A stretch of DNA of 63,252 bases, counting the filler, from Chiloscyllium plagiosum (taxonomy: Eukaryota): the NCBI RefSeq assembly GCF_004010195.1. It is 4 parts of one record of this genome, joined end to end, with 100 filler letters (N's around TTAATTAATTAA, not from the genome) between each part and the next. Parts side by side here need not be neighbours in the genome. Positions count along the whole stretch, not along the records: positions 35,819 to 57,893 come from NC_057710.1; positions 57,994 to 63,252 come from NC_057710.1; 2 more parts are not named here. One strand, given 5' to 3'. The position numbers were made by a program, and so were the translations under genes. A model generated the notes under the pieces. It made no database searches, was not told where the DNA came from, and saw only the letters and a program-made list of their open reading frames with translations. Below, piece after piece: positions 49,928-62,871 of this stretch (within the stretch, counting starts at the first letter, position 1; each line of letters starts with the position of its first letter).

Positions 49928-50520
49928 AGAGCTGAAAATGTGTTGCTGGAAAAGCGCAGCAGGTCAGGCAGCATCCAAGGAGCAGGAGAATCGACGTTTC
50001 GGGCATATGCCCTTCTTCAGGAATGAGGAAAGTGTGTCCAGCAGGCTAAGATAAAAGTTAGGGAGGAGGGACTTGGGGGAGGGGCGTTGGGAATGCGATA
50101 GGTGGAGGGAGGTCAAGGTGAGGGTGATAGGCCGGAGTGGGGGTGGGGACGGAGAGGTCAGGAAGAAGATTGCAGGTTAGGAAGGCGGTGCTGAGTTCGA
50201 GGGATTTGACTGAGACAAGGTGGGGGGAGGGGAAATGAGGAAACTGGAGAAATCCGAGTTCATCCCTTGTGGTTGGAGGGTTCCTAGGTGGAAGATGAGG
50301 CATTCTTCCTCCAACCGTCGTGTTGCTATGGTCTGGCGATGGAGGAGTCCAAGGACCTGCATGTCCTTGGTGGAGTGGGAGGGGGAGTTGAAGTGTTGAG
50401 CCACGGGGTGGTTGGGTTGGTTAGTCCGGTGTTCTCTGAAACGTTCCGCAAGTATGCGGCCTGTCTCCCCAATATAGAGGAGGCCACATCGGGTGCAGCG
50501 GATGTAATAAATGATGTGGC
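49928..50520 (-). mobile_element. PLE 3' fragment (GIY-YIG plus terminal repeat with hammerhead core)
   Basis: IYYIRCTRCGLLYIGETGR..RFREH..HFNSPSHS..GTLQPQGMN; core cuGAAGAagggcauaugcccGAAACGUC at 49989-50024 (-). Confidence 0.9.
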
Positions 50521-51273
50521 ACAGAGACAACTTACATCAACAACTTGGGGATGTCAACGTAAAAGGTATAATTAATAAGCTTGCAGATTAGTGGTGCTGT
50601 TGGTAGTGAGGAGGATTATCTCAGGCTACAGTTGGTAAACTGGGCAGAGCAATGGTAGATGGAATTTAATGCCGATAGTGAGAATTGGTGCATTTTGGGA
50701 TGTCTGATAAGAGAAGCATATACACAATGAATGGTAGATCCCTAGGGTGTACTGAGGGACAAAGGGACCTGGAGGTGTTTAACATAGATAGACAGGGTGA
50801 TGAAGGTGGAATATAGGATGCTTGCCTTCATTAGCCAGGCATATTCAAACAAGGAAGTCCTGATACAACTTTATAAAACATTGGCTCGTGTCCAGATGGA
50901 ATATTGCATGCAGACCTGGTTGCCACACTGTCAGGAAGGATGTAACTGCACTGAGAGAGTGCACTGGAAATTCGCCAAGATGTCGTCTGTGATGTTGTCC
51001 AAGTTATAAGGAGAGATTGGATAGGCTTGGGCAGGGTGGGTGGGAAATGATTGAGGTATACAAAATTGAGAGGAATAGGCAGAGTAGATCATGACAATGG
51101 CTTCCTTAATGCAGATGTGTCTAAGACCAGAGGGTGAAAGTTTACGGTGAAGACTAAGTGGTTTGGAGGAGGAGATTAGAGAAAAAAACGTTTTACCCAA
51201 AGGGTGATCGAAATGTGGAATGAGCTGCCTGAGAGGGTAGTGGAGGCAGGTACTCTTGCAACATTTAAGAATC

Positions 51274-51491
51274 TTTGAGGAGAAAGTGAGGTCTGCAGAT
51301 GCTGGAGATCAGAGCTGGAAATGTGTTGCTGGAAAAGCGCAGCAGGTCAGGCAGCATCCAGGGAACAGGAGAATCGACATTTCGGGCATAAGCCCTTCTT
51401 CAGGAATGAGGAAGGGCTTATGCCCGAAACGTCGATTCTCCTGTTCCCTGGATGCTGCCTGACCTGCTGCGCTTTTCCAGCAACACATTTC
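51274..51491. mobile_element. Palindromic PLE insertion
   Basis: Exact 15-bp TSD caacatttaagaatc at 51259-51273 and 51492-51506; near-perfect inverted arms of ~80 bp. Confidence 0.92.
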
Positions 51492-52477
51492 CAACATTTA
51501 AGAATCGTCTTGATGAGCACTTAAAATGTCAGGACATAGCAGGATATATACCAAGTTCAGGTAAATACCATTTGTGTAGCTTGGTGTTTGTTGGTTGGCA
51601 TAGATAGGGTTGGCAACAGGACCTGCCTGTATACTTTCCGATATGTAAAATGAATATTAAAATAGAATTCAAAGGAATTGTATTTTAAGATTTCAAATCA
51701 ATCTCAGTTAAAAAGGTCATAAATACTGATAAACACCATTATTGATTTGAATCCAAAAGAATTAGATTTTAGTTACGATATTAGAATAATTGTATAATGT
51801 AAAATTAAGATTGTGAAAGTTTCCTAAAACAATTAGGCAGTGGTAAGGAAATTAAGTGACTTGCTTCAAGGTTACACATGACCTGAAAGATTTTCATCTG
51901 TCCCTGTACAGTCTCAAGGCAAACAATCATATACATACAGGTAAACCTGACAAGACAGACTGGAGCAATCATTCTCAACAAATGTGATTACATCAAGAAA
52001 ATGCCTACTGTGCTGAACAAAGGTTTCAAGTACAAATCACTACATCAAAGCAATCCAGATGTGCCATCATGGTCTGAATCAGTGTTAATTTAACTCATTA
52101 AAAACTTGTGTTGCTGAGTTCAGTTTAAATGATACCATGCAAGTCTAAATGGGAAGCACTGCCATGGGATCTCCACTGGGCTCAGCCTTGCTAACATCTG
52201 TGTTGGTTAACATGAGAACAGCACCTTTGCTAGAAAGGCCATAAACCTCCTACCCTTGTAAACTTTGGATTTGTCACATTTGCAATATACGAATCATCAG
52301 CTGCTAAGAACTTCTTTAAGCGACTTAATAAACACCATCCTGCATTTAGACTTATCACTTGAAATGGAGCAAAGAGTTATGTTTCCTCAATGTTATTAGC
52401 TGAGAATCTGTCAATGGGTTCTTAGCTATCTATCAAAAGCTTACATTTACTAGTCAATATCCTTTTTATTAATTATT

Positions 52478-52822
52478 AATTCATTCATGGGATGAGGGTG
52501 TCGCTAGTTAATCCAGAATTTATTGCCCATCCCTAATCAGGTCAGAGGGCAGTTAAGAGTCCACCACCTTACTACAGGTCTGATGTCACTGTAGGCCTGA
52601 CCAGGTAAGGATGGCAGTTTCCTTCCCTGAAGGACATTAGTGAATGGTTTTCCTAACAATTGACCATGGATTTGTGGTCATTATTAGACTCTTAATTCCA
52701 GATACTTATTGAATTTAAATTTTACTCTCTGCCATGGTGAGATTTAAACCCAGGCCCCCAGAACATTACCAAAGTCTCTGGATTAACAGTCTAATGATAA
52801 TACCACTCAGCTATTGCCTCCC
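52478..52822 (-). mobile_element. Retroposon 3' fragment (same family as 27062-27770)
   Basis: Direct similarity between the two copies. Confidence 0.6.
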
Positions 52823-53833
52823 CAATATACATGCTGAAATCCCTAAACACCCATGGGATAAGATCAATCTTATCAGCATTCTTGTGAATAGAGCCCAAGT
52901 TCATCATATAATCTTGATGCTGTGATAGAATATGTTGAAACTACCTTGTGAGACTCCAGATATCTTGATCAAATCATCACTCATATCACAAAAACTCATG
53001 AAAAAGGCCTCTATCCTCCACTTTTAGCTCTGAACAGTACCCAGTTTACTTCAGATAACCCTAGAAGGGGAATATGTCTCAGAAATCTGAACGCCAGGTG
53101 AGGTTAACTGTCTCATACTGCTATTATGCAGTAAACCCATGAGTGGTTTCCTCCACTAACGGGATACTGCTGCCAAGCCAAAAGACTTTTTGCCTAGCAC
53201 ACAAAGAGTAATGTGACACAGGAATTTTAGCAACAGTATGATGCCAGGTATGAAGGCTGTATATCCCAAAGACTGACAGACCATATCAAATACCACATCC
53301 CAATGATCAGTTGCTGCAAGCACATGTCAATTGTGTTTAACTACAGAGTGATGTTCCAAGCCTCAGTAAAGTATGTGCACCATTCACTCTGATTCTAATA
53401 TTGGAAATCAGTTATTACATCTTCTGGACTGTGCTAAGTGTTACACTGGAAACCAATTTAACATCACCAGTCAGGCATATTGTGTGATACATCTGCATGT
53501 ACCGGAAGCTACATATATAAATATACAGGACCCTGTTTTATGTAGGCAAAAGGAATTTGTACATACATTGCACTTGTAAGGGATCACAGGGACAGCCAAT
53601 CTCAACTGTATTCTCAATGCAACACAATGACAGAATCTAATTGCCTGGTCTTAATTAAGATTGACAGTTAACTGCTCTTAACAATTCACCACAACAATGA
53701 TGGGTGAAGCAATCAAGACCCTCTTCTCACACTATATAAAATGGCTTACCTTTTCTCAAGTTTGTTTATTTTCTGATTCTAATGAGTACAAGACAAAAAG
53801 CTTCACCATCTTGTCTCTTTTTAGCAATGTTTA

Positions 53834-53965
<132 letters not shown>

Positions 53966-54124
53966 TTAATAGTCTGCTATGCATTCAAAACATTTATACT
54001 TATTTATTTCAACCCAAAAATGTGTCCCTACAGGAGGAAAGTTTGTTTAATGATTTGTTACTTTGCAAGTATTAAATTTAAAAAAAAGATGCTGTGAAGA
54101 TTTTAAGTTTACAAGACACAGATA

Positions 54125-55190
54125 CAGTCATAGGAATGTACAGCATGGAAACAGACCCTTCGGTCCAACTTGTCCGTGCCGACCAGATATCCTAAATTAA
54201 CCTAGTCCCATTTGCCAGCACTTGGCGAATATCCTTTTGAATCCTTCCTCTTCATATATCCATCTGGATGCCTTTTAAATGTAATTGTACTAGCCTCCAC
54301 CACTTCCTCTGGCAGCTTGTTCCATACATGCTCCATGCTTTGCATGAAAAAGTTGCCCCTTAGATTCTTTTTACATCTGTCCCCTCTCACCCTAAACCTT
54401 CGCCCTCTAGTTCTGGACTCCCCCACCACAGGGAAAAGACCTTGTCTATTTATCCTATTCATGCCCCTCATGATTTTATAAACCTCTATAAAAGGTCACT
54501 CCTCAGCCTCATATGCTTCAGGGAAAACAGCCCAAGCCTATTCAGCTTCTCCCTTTTACTTAAAGGCTCCAAACGAGGTAACATCCTTCTCTGAACCCTT
54601 CCAAGTTTCACAACATCCTTCCTACAGCAGGGAGACCAGAATTGCACACAATATTCCAAAAACGGCCGAACCAATGTCCTGAACAGCTGCAACATGACTT
54701 CGCAATTCCTATACTCAATACTCTGACCAATAGGAAAGCATATCAAACACCCTCTTCATTATCCTATTTACTTGTGACTCCACTTTCAAAGAACTCCATA
54801 CCTGCACTTCAAGGTCTCTCTCTGTTCACCAACACTCCTCAGCACCTTACCATTAAGTGTATAAGTCCTGCCTTGATTTGCCTTTCCAAAATGCAACACC
54901 TCAGATTTATCTAAATTAAACTCCATCTGTCACTCCTTGGCCCATTGGCCCATCTGATCAAGATCCCATTGTACTCTGAGGTAACCACTATCACTTTCTA
55001 CTACACCTCCAATTTTGGTGTCATCTGCAAACTTACTAACTTTACCTCTTAGGTTCACATCCAATCATCTATATAAATGACGAAAAGCTGTGGACCCAGC
55101 ACAGATCCTTGTGGCACACCACTGGTCACAGGCCTCCAGTCTGAAAGGCAACCCTACACCACCACCCTCTGTCTTCTAACTTCGAGCCAG
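54125..55190 (-). mobile_element. CR1 3' portion
   Basis: Minus ORFs with PFLEYCVQFWSP and [21 protein letters not shown] region near 55100. Confidence 0.9.
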
Positions 55191-56344
55191 TCTGAAAACT
55201 AGTGTTTTAGAATGGTATCAGACTTCAGAGGTCAAACAACAGAATCAAAGTTGAAACCATTAAAAACCATTATATTTAATGGCAGTTATTCATTAGTGAG
55301 AAGTGACAGACAAGAACTTTTACTGTGCTAAATAAATTTACAAAAAGTAGCCAAAATCATGCCTCATGTTTTAGTTGTGCAGCAATATTTAAAGACATTG
55401 CTTAATAATTGCAAGACCCTACTCGGGGAAACACAGCTGTACTATTTCAAATAAATTCCGAAAATACCCACACGATATGGTCTCTCATGACCATTCTCTA
55501 TTAATTTCATTTGCTAATTAGCTCTATTATTCAAAAGATATACTTTGTTCTGAATATTCTGTAATAGTTCATTACCTGGCCTTCTTCTGACTTTTGGCTA
55601 GTTTGCAGATGAAGGAATAGTATTTTTTTGCATTCATTCAAGGCCAGTAATAGTAGTAAGGATCTGAACATAAACCTTGGTTGTTAGCTTGCTTATAATT
55701 TTTCTCGTTTTAAAAAACTTCAAATTTATGGCTTCCTCTCATTTTTACATAAAGTCAATTCTTCAAACAACAATAAAAAGTTACATCATGACTTCTTAGT
55801 GTATCCGATTTGCTGATGAGAAAGCTTATTAAAACTTATATCTATGCATTCACAATGCATTCCTTCTAAAACATGTCAAATAAAATCTTTGAAAAATTTA
55901 AAGTTTAGCTAAAAAGGGCATTCATTTTTTGGATATTAAATGGCGCTGTTCTTCAACAAATTACGTCTTTCACTCACTGGAATTAGTTAGTATGGTGCCC
56001 ATTTTGACTTCTGCACGTTTCAAGCTGTCTATTCTGTTGCTCTGACATAAAAGATACGTTCCTCCAAGGCAGATATTCGATTCACCATTGTCTTAATTTA
56101 ATCATCCATCAATTATTTTTGTTACAAAGCAGTTCTTAACCATAGCTAATTCTTTACACTTATTTCATATGTCCCCAATATTAGTTACAAATGCCTTATT
56201 TCATTTCTTCCATTAATTTTGTCCTTTGTTTCTTCCCTTCTCTTTCAATATACATCTAAATTTTTTTTTAACTTAAGGTCAACAGTACCCTATTACGGTA
56301 GCTTGTGCAGCACATAATCAATTAACTTACTTGGTGACTGATGT

Positions 56345-56700
56345 ATCATAGAACCCCTAAAGTATGTAAGCAGGCCATTAACCCAGTGAGTCCACACCAA
56401 CCCTCTGAACAGCATCTCACCCAGACCCACTCCCTATCCCATCCCTGTAACCCTGCATTTCCCATGACTAATCTATCTAGCCTAAACATTCCTGGACACT
56501 ATGGGCAATTTAGCACTGCTAATCCACCTAACCTGCCCATCACTGGACTGTGGGAGGAAACCAGAGCACACGAAGGAAACCCATGCAGACACAGGGAGAA
56601 TGTTCAAACTCGACACAGCTAGTTGCCAGAAGGTAAAATTGAACTCAGGTCCCTGTACTGTGAGGGAGCAGTGCTACCCATGAGCCATCGTGCTACCCAC
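56345..56700 (-). mobile_element. HE1/V-SINE-like SINE
   Basis: ggactgtgggaggaaacc...ccatgcagacacagggagaatg, the reverse V-domain-like block. Confidence 0.8.
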
Positions 56701-57144
56701 TGAGCTAGTGAGCTGTCCATATAGTTTTGGTTTATTTTCTTCCAACCTTATTAAAATGTTCTACCTTTGTTCCAGTGAAGCTTAACTTACCAAATCATCC
56801 TCATCATTTTTTTTCTTTTACAATATTTGTTCATAAAATTTTTCTTTCAATTTCAGATTTCTAGAATTGAAAGCTTTTGCCTTTTTAATATATTATTAGC
56901 ACTGATTTGATTCAAGCCAGAGTATTCTGAAAAAAACATTAAAATATGCAGGAAGACAGACAATTCACGAGCCAAACATCAGGATTCACTCAAATAGCAG
57001 CACCAAATTTGTTCAATGTATTGTTTATTCCCAATATTCCATCTCTCTTGCTGGCCATAACTCCAGATTTTCAGATAATTAACTTACTTCAGAGTAAACA
57101 TTGCCCTCAAGTAATACATTAGCACATCGGGTTCTTCCTGTCCA

Positions 57145-57893
57145 TAGGAAATAGGAACACGTAACAGCAATTTGGCTTCTTGAGCCCACTCCATCATGCA
57201 ACTGAATCATGGCTGAATCTGACATTCCTCATATACATTTCCTGTATTTTTGCCACAACCCTGAATTCCGCAACCGATCAAGATTTTTTTTTTTAATCTC
57301 AGCCTTAAATATACGCAAGGACTCTGTCCCCACAATAGACAATAGGTGCAGGAGTACGCCATTCTGCCCTTCGAGCCTGCACCACCATTCAATATGATCA
57401 TGGCTGATCAAACCCTGAATTCCGCAACCGATCAAGATTTTTTTTTTTAATCTCAGCCTTAAATATACGCAAGGACTCTGTCCCCACAATAGACAATAGG
57501 TGCAGGAGTACGCCATTCTGCCCTTCGAGCCTGCACCACCATTCAATATGATCATGGCTGATCATTCCTAATCAGTATCCTCTTCCTGCCTTATCTCCAT
57601 AACCCTTGATTCCACTATCTTTGAGAGCTCTATCCAACTCTTTCTTAAATGAATCCAGAGACTGGGCCTCCACTGCCCTCTGGGGCAGAGCATCCCACAC
57701 AGCCACCACTCTCTGGGTGAACAAGTTTCTCCTCATCTCTGTCCTAAATGATCTACCCCGTATTTTTAAGCTGTGTCCTCTGGTTCGACACTCACCCATC
57801 AGCGGAAACATGTTTCCTGCCTCCAGAGTGTCCAATCCTTTAATAATCAGATCCCTTCTCAGCCTTCTAAACTCAAGGGTATACAAGCCAAGT
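57145..57893 (-). mobile_element. CR1 3' fragments with 154-bp tandem duplication
   Basis: ORF 57572-57886 (TRGHSLKIRG..FTQRVVAVWDALP); 57257-57410 repeated at 57411-57564. Confidence 0.85.
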
Positions 57894-57993
57894 NNNNNNN
57901 NNNNNNNNNNNNNNNNNNNNNNNNNNNNNNNNNNNNNTTAATTAATTAANNNNNNNNNNNNNNNNNNNNNNNNNNNNNNNNNNNNNNNNNNNN

Positions 57994-58222
57994 AAGGGGG
58001 CAAAGCTTTAAATTAAGGGGGGTTAGGTATAGGACAGATGTTAGGGGTAGGTTCTTTACTCAGCGTGTCGTGAGTTCATGGAATGCCCTGCCAGTAGCAG
58101 TGGTGGACTCTCCCTCATTATGGGCATTTAAGCGGGCATATGGAGGATAGTGGGCTAGTGTAGGTTAGGTGGGCTTGGATCGGCGCAACATCAAGGGCCG
58201 AAGGGCCTGTACTGCGCTGTAT
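57994..58222 (+). mobile_element. CR1 3' end (same young family as 46730-46961)
   Basis: Near-identical 3' UTR and (ttctatg)n tail. Confidence 0.9.
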
Positions 58223-59149
58223 TCTTCTATGTTCTATGTTCTAAGCAGTCCAAGTTTTGCTAATATTTGTAAATCCATCTTTTGATACCTCTTCCAATTG
58301 CAAAATGATATTAGCTGCTTCTAATATCATGTTATTTTAGTATGAGAGCTTCCTGATATCTGTCCTGTTATTCTTTACCATTTGCTCTTACTCCTCACAG
58401 AATCTTACATTTTCCTCATTCAAAAGACCCTCGACACTGAATCCCCCAATCAAACTTTAAAAAGTACACTGATAGTCACTACTTATTGTTCCATAAGTCA
58501 AAGTGTTTAAAATCTCAATTCAAGTCTCACCTTTGGATATGTGTCAGAACAAGGCTGAGCTGATTGATTAAAATAACTAAAATCCCAAGTACATCACCAA
58601 GGTGACCACTTTGCCTGACTGCCTGCTATTCAGGCAAAGGCAATTCACACCACGTTTTGTCGTTAATAAAAATAACTCTATTTATTGTAACATACAACTT
58701 TAACAAAATGCAGAGAGAAAATAAACATTCTCAAGCTATTATGCGGCTTGAGTTGTTTGCCATCAAAACCCCAAATACAAACACACTTATTCATGATTAT
58801 GACATACAAAGAACTGACAATTTGATCTAGACATTGTAGATGGAAAAATAATATAGACAGTCTAAAAAAATTTCCAAAGGAAAAGAAATCTAACTTTCAA
58901 AGGTGGGTTAAATTGTCTCATATAGACTCTTCTTGACTTTAGCACTGGTTACACACTACTTTCTGTAAACCCATAATTATTTTTCACTTTGATAGTTGAT
59001 TCCGTGGAACGAAATTCTTTGTTGATAGAATTTGTTCTATAAAGTTTTCTTTATTTTTATGAAGATTTGTGCTCAAGACCTAGCCAGATCCCTAGTTAAA
59101 TTGCTCCAATTAAGCTATAATACTGACATCTACCAAACAATATGGAATA

Positions 59150-59720
59150 ATACTCATGAGGGCCTTAGCCACTTCTGGGTATCCTCATCACCACATTCTT
59201 CAGCAAATTTGATTCACTCCACTTGATATCAAGAAATGGCTGGAGGCACTGGATACTGAAAAGGCTTTAGCCCTGATAACGTTGTGGCAATAGTACTGAA
59301 GACCTGTGCTCCAGAGTTGCTGTTCCAGTAAAGCTACAATACTGCTATTTACCTGACAATGTGGAAAATTGCTCAAGTGCGTTCTGTACACAATAAGCAG
59401 AAAAGTCAGATGGAAGTGTGTAACAGTGCTGACAAATAATACTTGTTTAGCAATAACTTGCTCACTATGCCCAATTTGGGTTCCCCCAGAACCAGCCAGC
59501 TCCTGACTTCATTACAATTTTTGTCCAAACATAGCAAAAAAGAGTTGAATTCCAAAAGTGATGTGGGAGTGACTGCCCTTGGCAGCAAGGTTGCATTTTA
59601 CTAGGTATGGCATCGCTGATCCCCAGCAAAACTGGAGTCAATTGGAATCAGAGAGAAATCTTTCCACTGCTTGGCATTTTACCAAGCACTAAAAAAGATG
59701 CTTGTGGTTATTGTAGATTA
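59150..59720 (+). mobile_element. Old non-LTR (CR1/L2-group) RT fragment
   Basis: LDTEKALAxDNVVAIVLKTCAPE-like block and WKIAQV. Confidence 0.6.
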
Positions 59721-61692
59721 AATATTTCAATTCTTTTTCATTGTTTACATATAAAGCATCTGCTGCCTACAAAAGTAATGTTTGGTTCATAGTGTTTCAA
59801 TAATTTGTTACATTAAAAATATCTTAACAGAAGAAATCATGTTGGACCATTATTTACAGCTGTTAAATTGAAATATGATTTTCTTTTCAAACTTTGCCAG
59901 TACTCTCAGCCATAATAACAGTGAATGACAGTGACTGGAAAGTATGCAGTGAGAATAGAAATGATAAGATCAATATTCTTTGCAGGTGCTGTGCCATCAG
60001 AATTTTTGTGTTGCAAGTTCGTTTTGTCTTTTTTTTCCCCTTTGAAGAATACACAAGGACGAGGGTTAAAAATGCATTTTCAACTCTTCTGAAGCGTGAG
60101 GGTGGGATTGAGCTTTTCATGTGTGCTACTAGGCTAGATTGTCCATGTGCATGAGCAAGCATTTGAGCATTAGCATGCTGTCAAGGTCACAGTCAAAGAA
60201 TTAGTTGACCCTGTCTTACAGGTAAAGACCTTCTCTTACTCTGAGTGCTAGATGTCACCTCAGTGGCAGCCAGACAAAAGGGGACTGAACCACAAAATGA
60301 CTCTCATACAGTCTGAATGCTGGATTCAATCACAACTTAAAGGAGTCAGAACTACAGAATCTCAACCAGTCTACTGAACAAAGATACTTGAAATCAGTTA
60401 CTGAAGTCCACTACAATGGCTACAACCTTCAACTGTCCACTCTTTGTAAACAATTCAGAAAGTGATCTATATATCTGATTTTTAGAAACTTTTATCTTTT
60501 TGGACCCATGTACACATGTCTGTTGTGGTAATAATTCTTCTCATGTTTTGTAATTAATAAATTCATTCTTTGCAAAGTGGTTAAATTATGTTCTTTTAAA
60601 ACATAATTTCATTTAGATCTGAGAGTAAGAGAAAGGATCAGTTTTTAATGCAACCTTGTTGGGATGAACTGAGGAGATGGGTAAATAAGAAAGGGGAGGC
60701 AGTTCTTTCCTCCTCATCTGGGAGCTTAATGACTTCGGGATCCTGTTTAAAACCACAAAAGCTTGGGGAACCACATTGAGCATCAGGTGTAACAATGTGC
60801 AACCAGTTCTCAGAAGTGGCAGCATTTGATGTGAACAATATAGATATAAATGTCTGGCAACTCCATAATAAACAGTGATGAATGGAATGTTGCTTATTAA
60901 CATACCACTAACAGGTGGCTATACGACGAGAAACACCTATAAGTGGGTCACCTATATTTTCAAGAATGGGATAAACAGTGCAATGATAGACTTTCAATAG
61001 GATCACATGCACTTTCAGAATTAAAGTTCTTTCTTGTTTCAGTCTTGTTCGACAAGAAATATGCCCCATAGCTAACTTATTTATGTTTATATTTTACCAT
61101 TTTAACATAACTAAAACCTGGAGAAAGATGATTGTGGCACAAAGCTCTTGCTGAGAAAACAGCCAGCGGAGTTAATGTTCTTGTGTAGTCGCTCTTTTAC
61201 ATAATTTCATTTTGTTGCTTTCCTTCACCAGCTGTCATGAGATGAGAAATATAATGCCTTTTATAGAATTTCTCAGAAATGCAATACACTAAGGAAATCA
61301 GAATTGTAGTTGCAGATATAAAAAAAGCAGAAGTAGGGAAAATACTTATTTGTACCAATTGAGGGGAAGGCCTCTTCAATTTGCTTTCACCTTTGCTCCT
61401 ATTGCAATTTCATGACCTTGAAGTCTCTATAATCCATCTTTCCTCTTACTTTTGTGTATGGATCATTGACTGCCATAGAGATGGCACACCCTGAAGAGAT
61501 GGATGTTTTATCTCTTGCCGTAGCTTACTTCAATTAAATTAATGGATCCATTCAGAAACCTCATTCCCCTTTCAGCTGCATCAGAATCAAATATATTAAA
61601 AAAGATTTTATGCTTGACGATGTAGCATCGTGGTATTTGGCAGACATGCATTTTCTTTCTGTTTTCTGTCTGCAAAGCAAATAGTTAATTAG

Positions 61693-62688
61693 ATCCCCTC
61701 CTCAATAGAGCACTTCATCAATATTTTGTAGACACTCTATAGCTGGGCAAGAAACATCCGTGCTTTTTTGCTACAAACACCTTTCATCTGCATTTGTGGT
61801 TTTTGTGTTCGCGTCAAAAGCTGCTAAAAGGCATCAGAAATATTGACCCTTTTACAGGGCAGGCCTTTTGTTCACCAAAGGTCACTGAAAATGTTAAGGG
61901 GATTTTGGATTAGTGTCTGTGAATCAAAGCCCAACAAAGTGAGTAATTTGGGAGACACTATCATTTGCTTTAAATCCTCTTCTTGCATGGAGAGAAATGG
62001 AAAGAGAGTGTTATGCCATTACTTCTGTTCTGCTCTATTTGGGTTTAAAAATCTTGAACAGACAATGAATGGTGCAGAGCTCTACGCTATAGGTTCATGT
62101 TACCAAAATCCTTTGCGGATCTCACACATTCTTAAGAAAACGTTCAACACTGGTGCTCACATCCTGTTTGATGAAGAGTTTGCTCAATATTAGTTCACAT
62201 ACATGCCAAACAGTGATAGAATACTTGCGAGTAAATTTGAGACATTGCGTTAAACACCCATAAGCACTGTGGTATATATCAGTACACAGCACTTGGCACT
62301 CCTCTATGAATGGGCAGTTAAACTTAAATCTTCAGTGAAAGCTGCACTGCTGGTTGTTAAGAAAACTGACAAAATCTGGTTGATTTTCATTTATGATTCA
62401 AATTCTGCAACTGCAACAGACTTTTATTAGACAATATTTTATTTAAACATAATTTGCAAAAAAACAACTACTCCACATTAGGAACTGTGTCAGATGCTCA
62501 GAGGCATTGTTAACAGACAGGAGGTGCTAAGAATATTCACAACGTTTGAATAATTCATAAAGTTTCAATATTCTCTTGGTAAATTTCAGCTTTCAATCCT
62601 ATTGCAACATCCAAGAGATTGCGAATTGCAATTGACACAATTTTACTGCAAATCTGGCAGCTATATTAGCAAACAGCTCAAAACTTAA
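61693..62688 (+). pseudogene. Decayed long reading frame of unknown origin
   Basis: One frame, containing ORF 61843-62193, stays protein-like for 332 codons with only 7 internal stops, all TAA/TAG. Confidence 0.5.
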
Positions 62689-62769
62689 AATCTTATAAAT
62701 CATGTTTAAAATACATAGTTATTCCGTACATAGTCAGTCGAGGTTGACTGTAGCATAATTTTATTTGCT

Positions 62770-62871
62770 GTGATTATAACAAGGTCAGCCAGGTAGAATT
62801 CATAGAATATGAGCTCCCTGTTAATATGGTCCAATTAGGGAGCCCAGGCTGACAGATAAGAACAGGAGTGT
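62770..62871 (+). mobile_element. LTR 5' fragment, probably the 13764/18862 family
   Basis: Starts tgtgattataacaagg; ends tgacagataagaacaggag, overlapping the tgacacgtgatataaacaggag start of the reverse copy at 13905. Confidence 0.5.

Larger units (their letters stand above)
47430..51620 (+). mobile_element. Old, degraded near full-span CR1 with nested inserts
   Basis: Tandem cagtcggagcggatcgagct repeats (47436-47545); ORF1 GDS and LxLN remnants; APE (NARSL..ITETWL); deleted RT and 3' end; nested CR1 (~48383-48885, minus) and PLEs. Confidence 0.75.

Noticed and set aside
57257..57564. Exact 154-bp tandem repeat spanning a junction of two CR1 fragments
   Set aside because: Perfect identity near a gap suggests a contig-overlap artefact.
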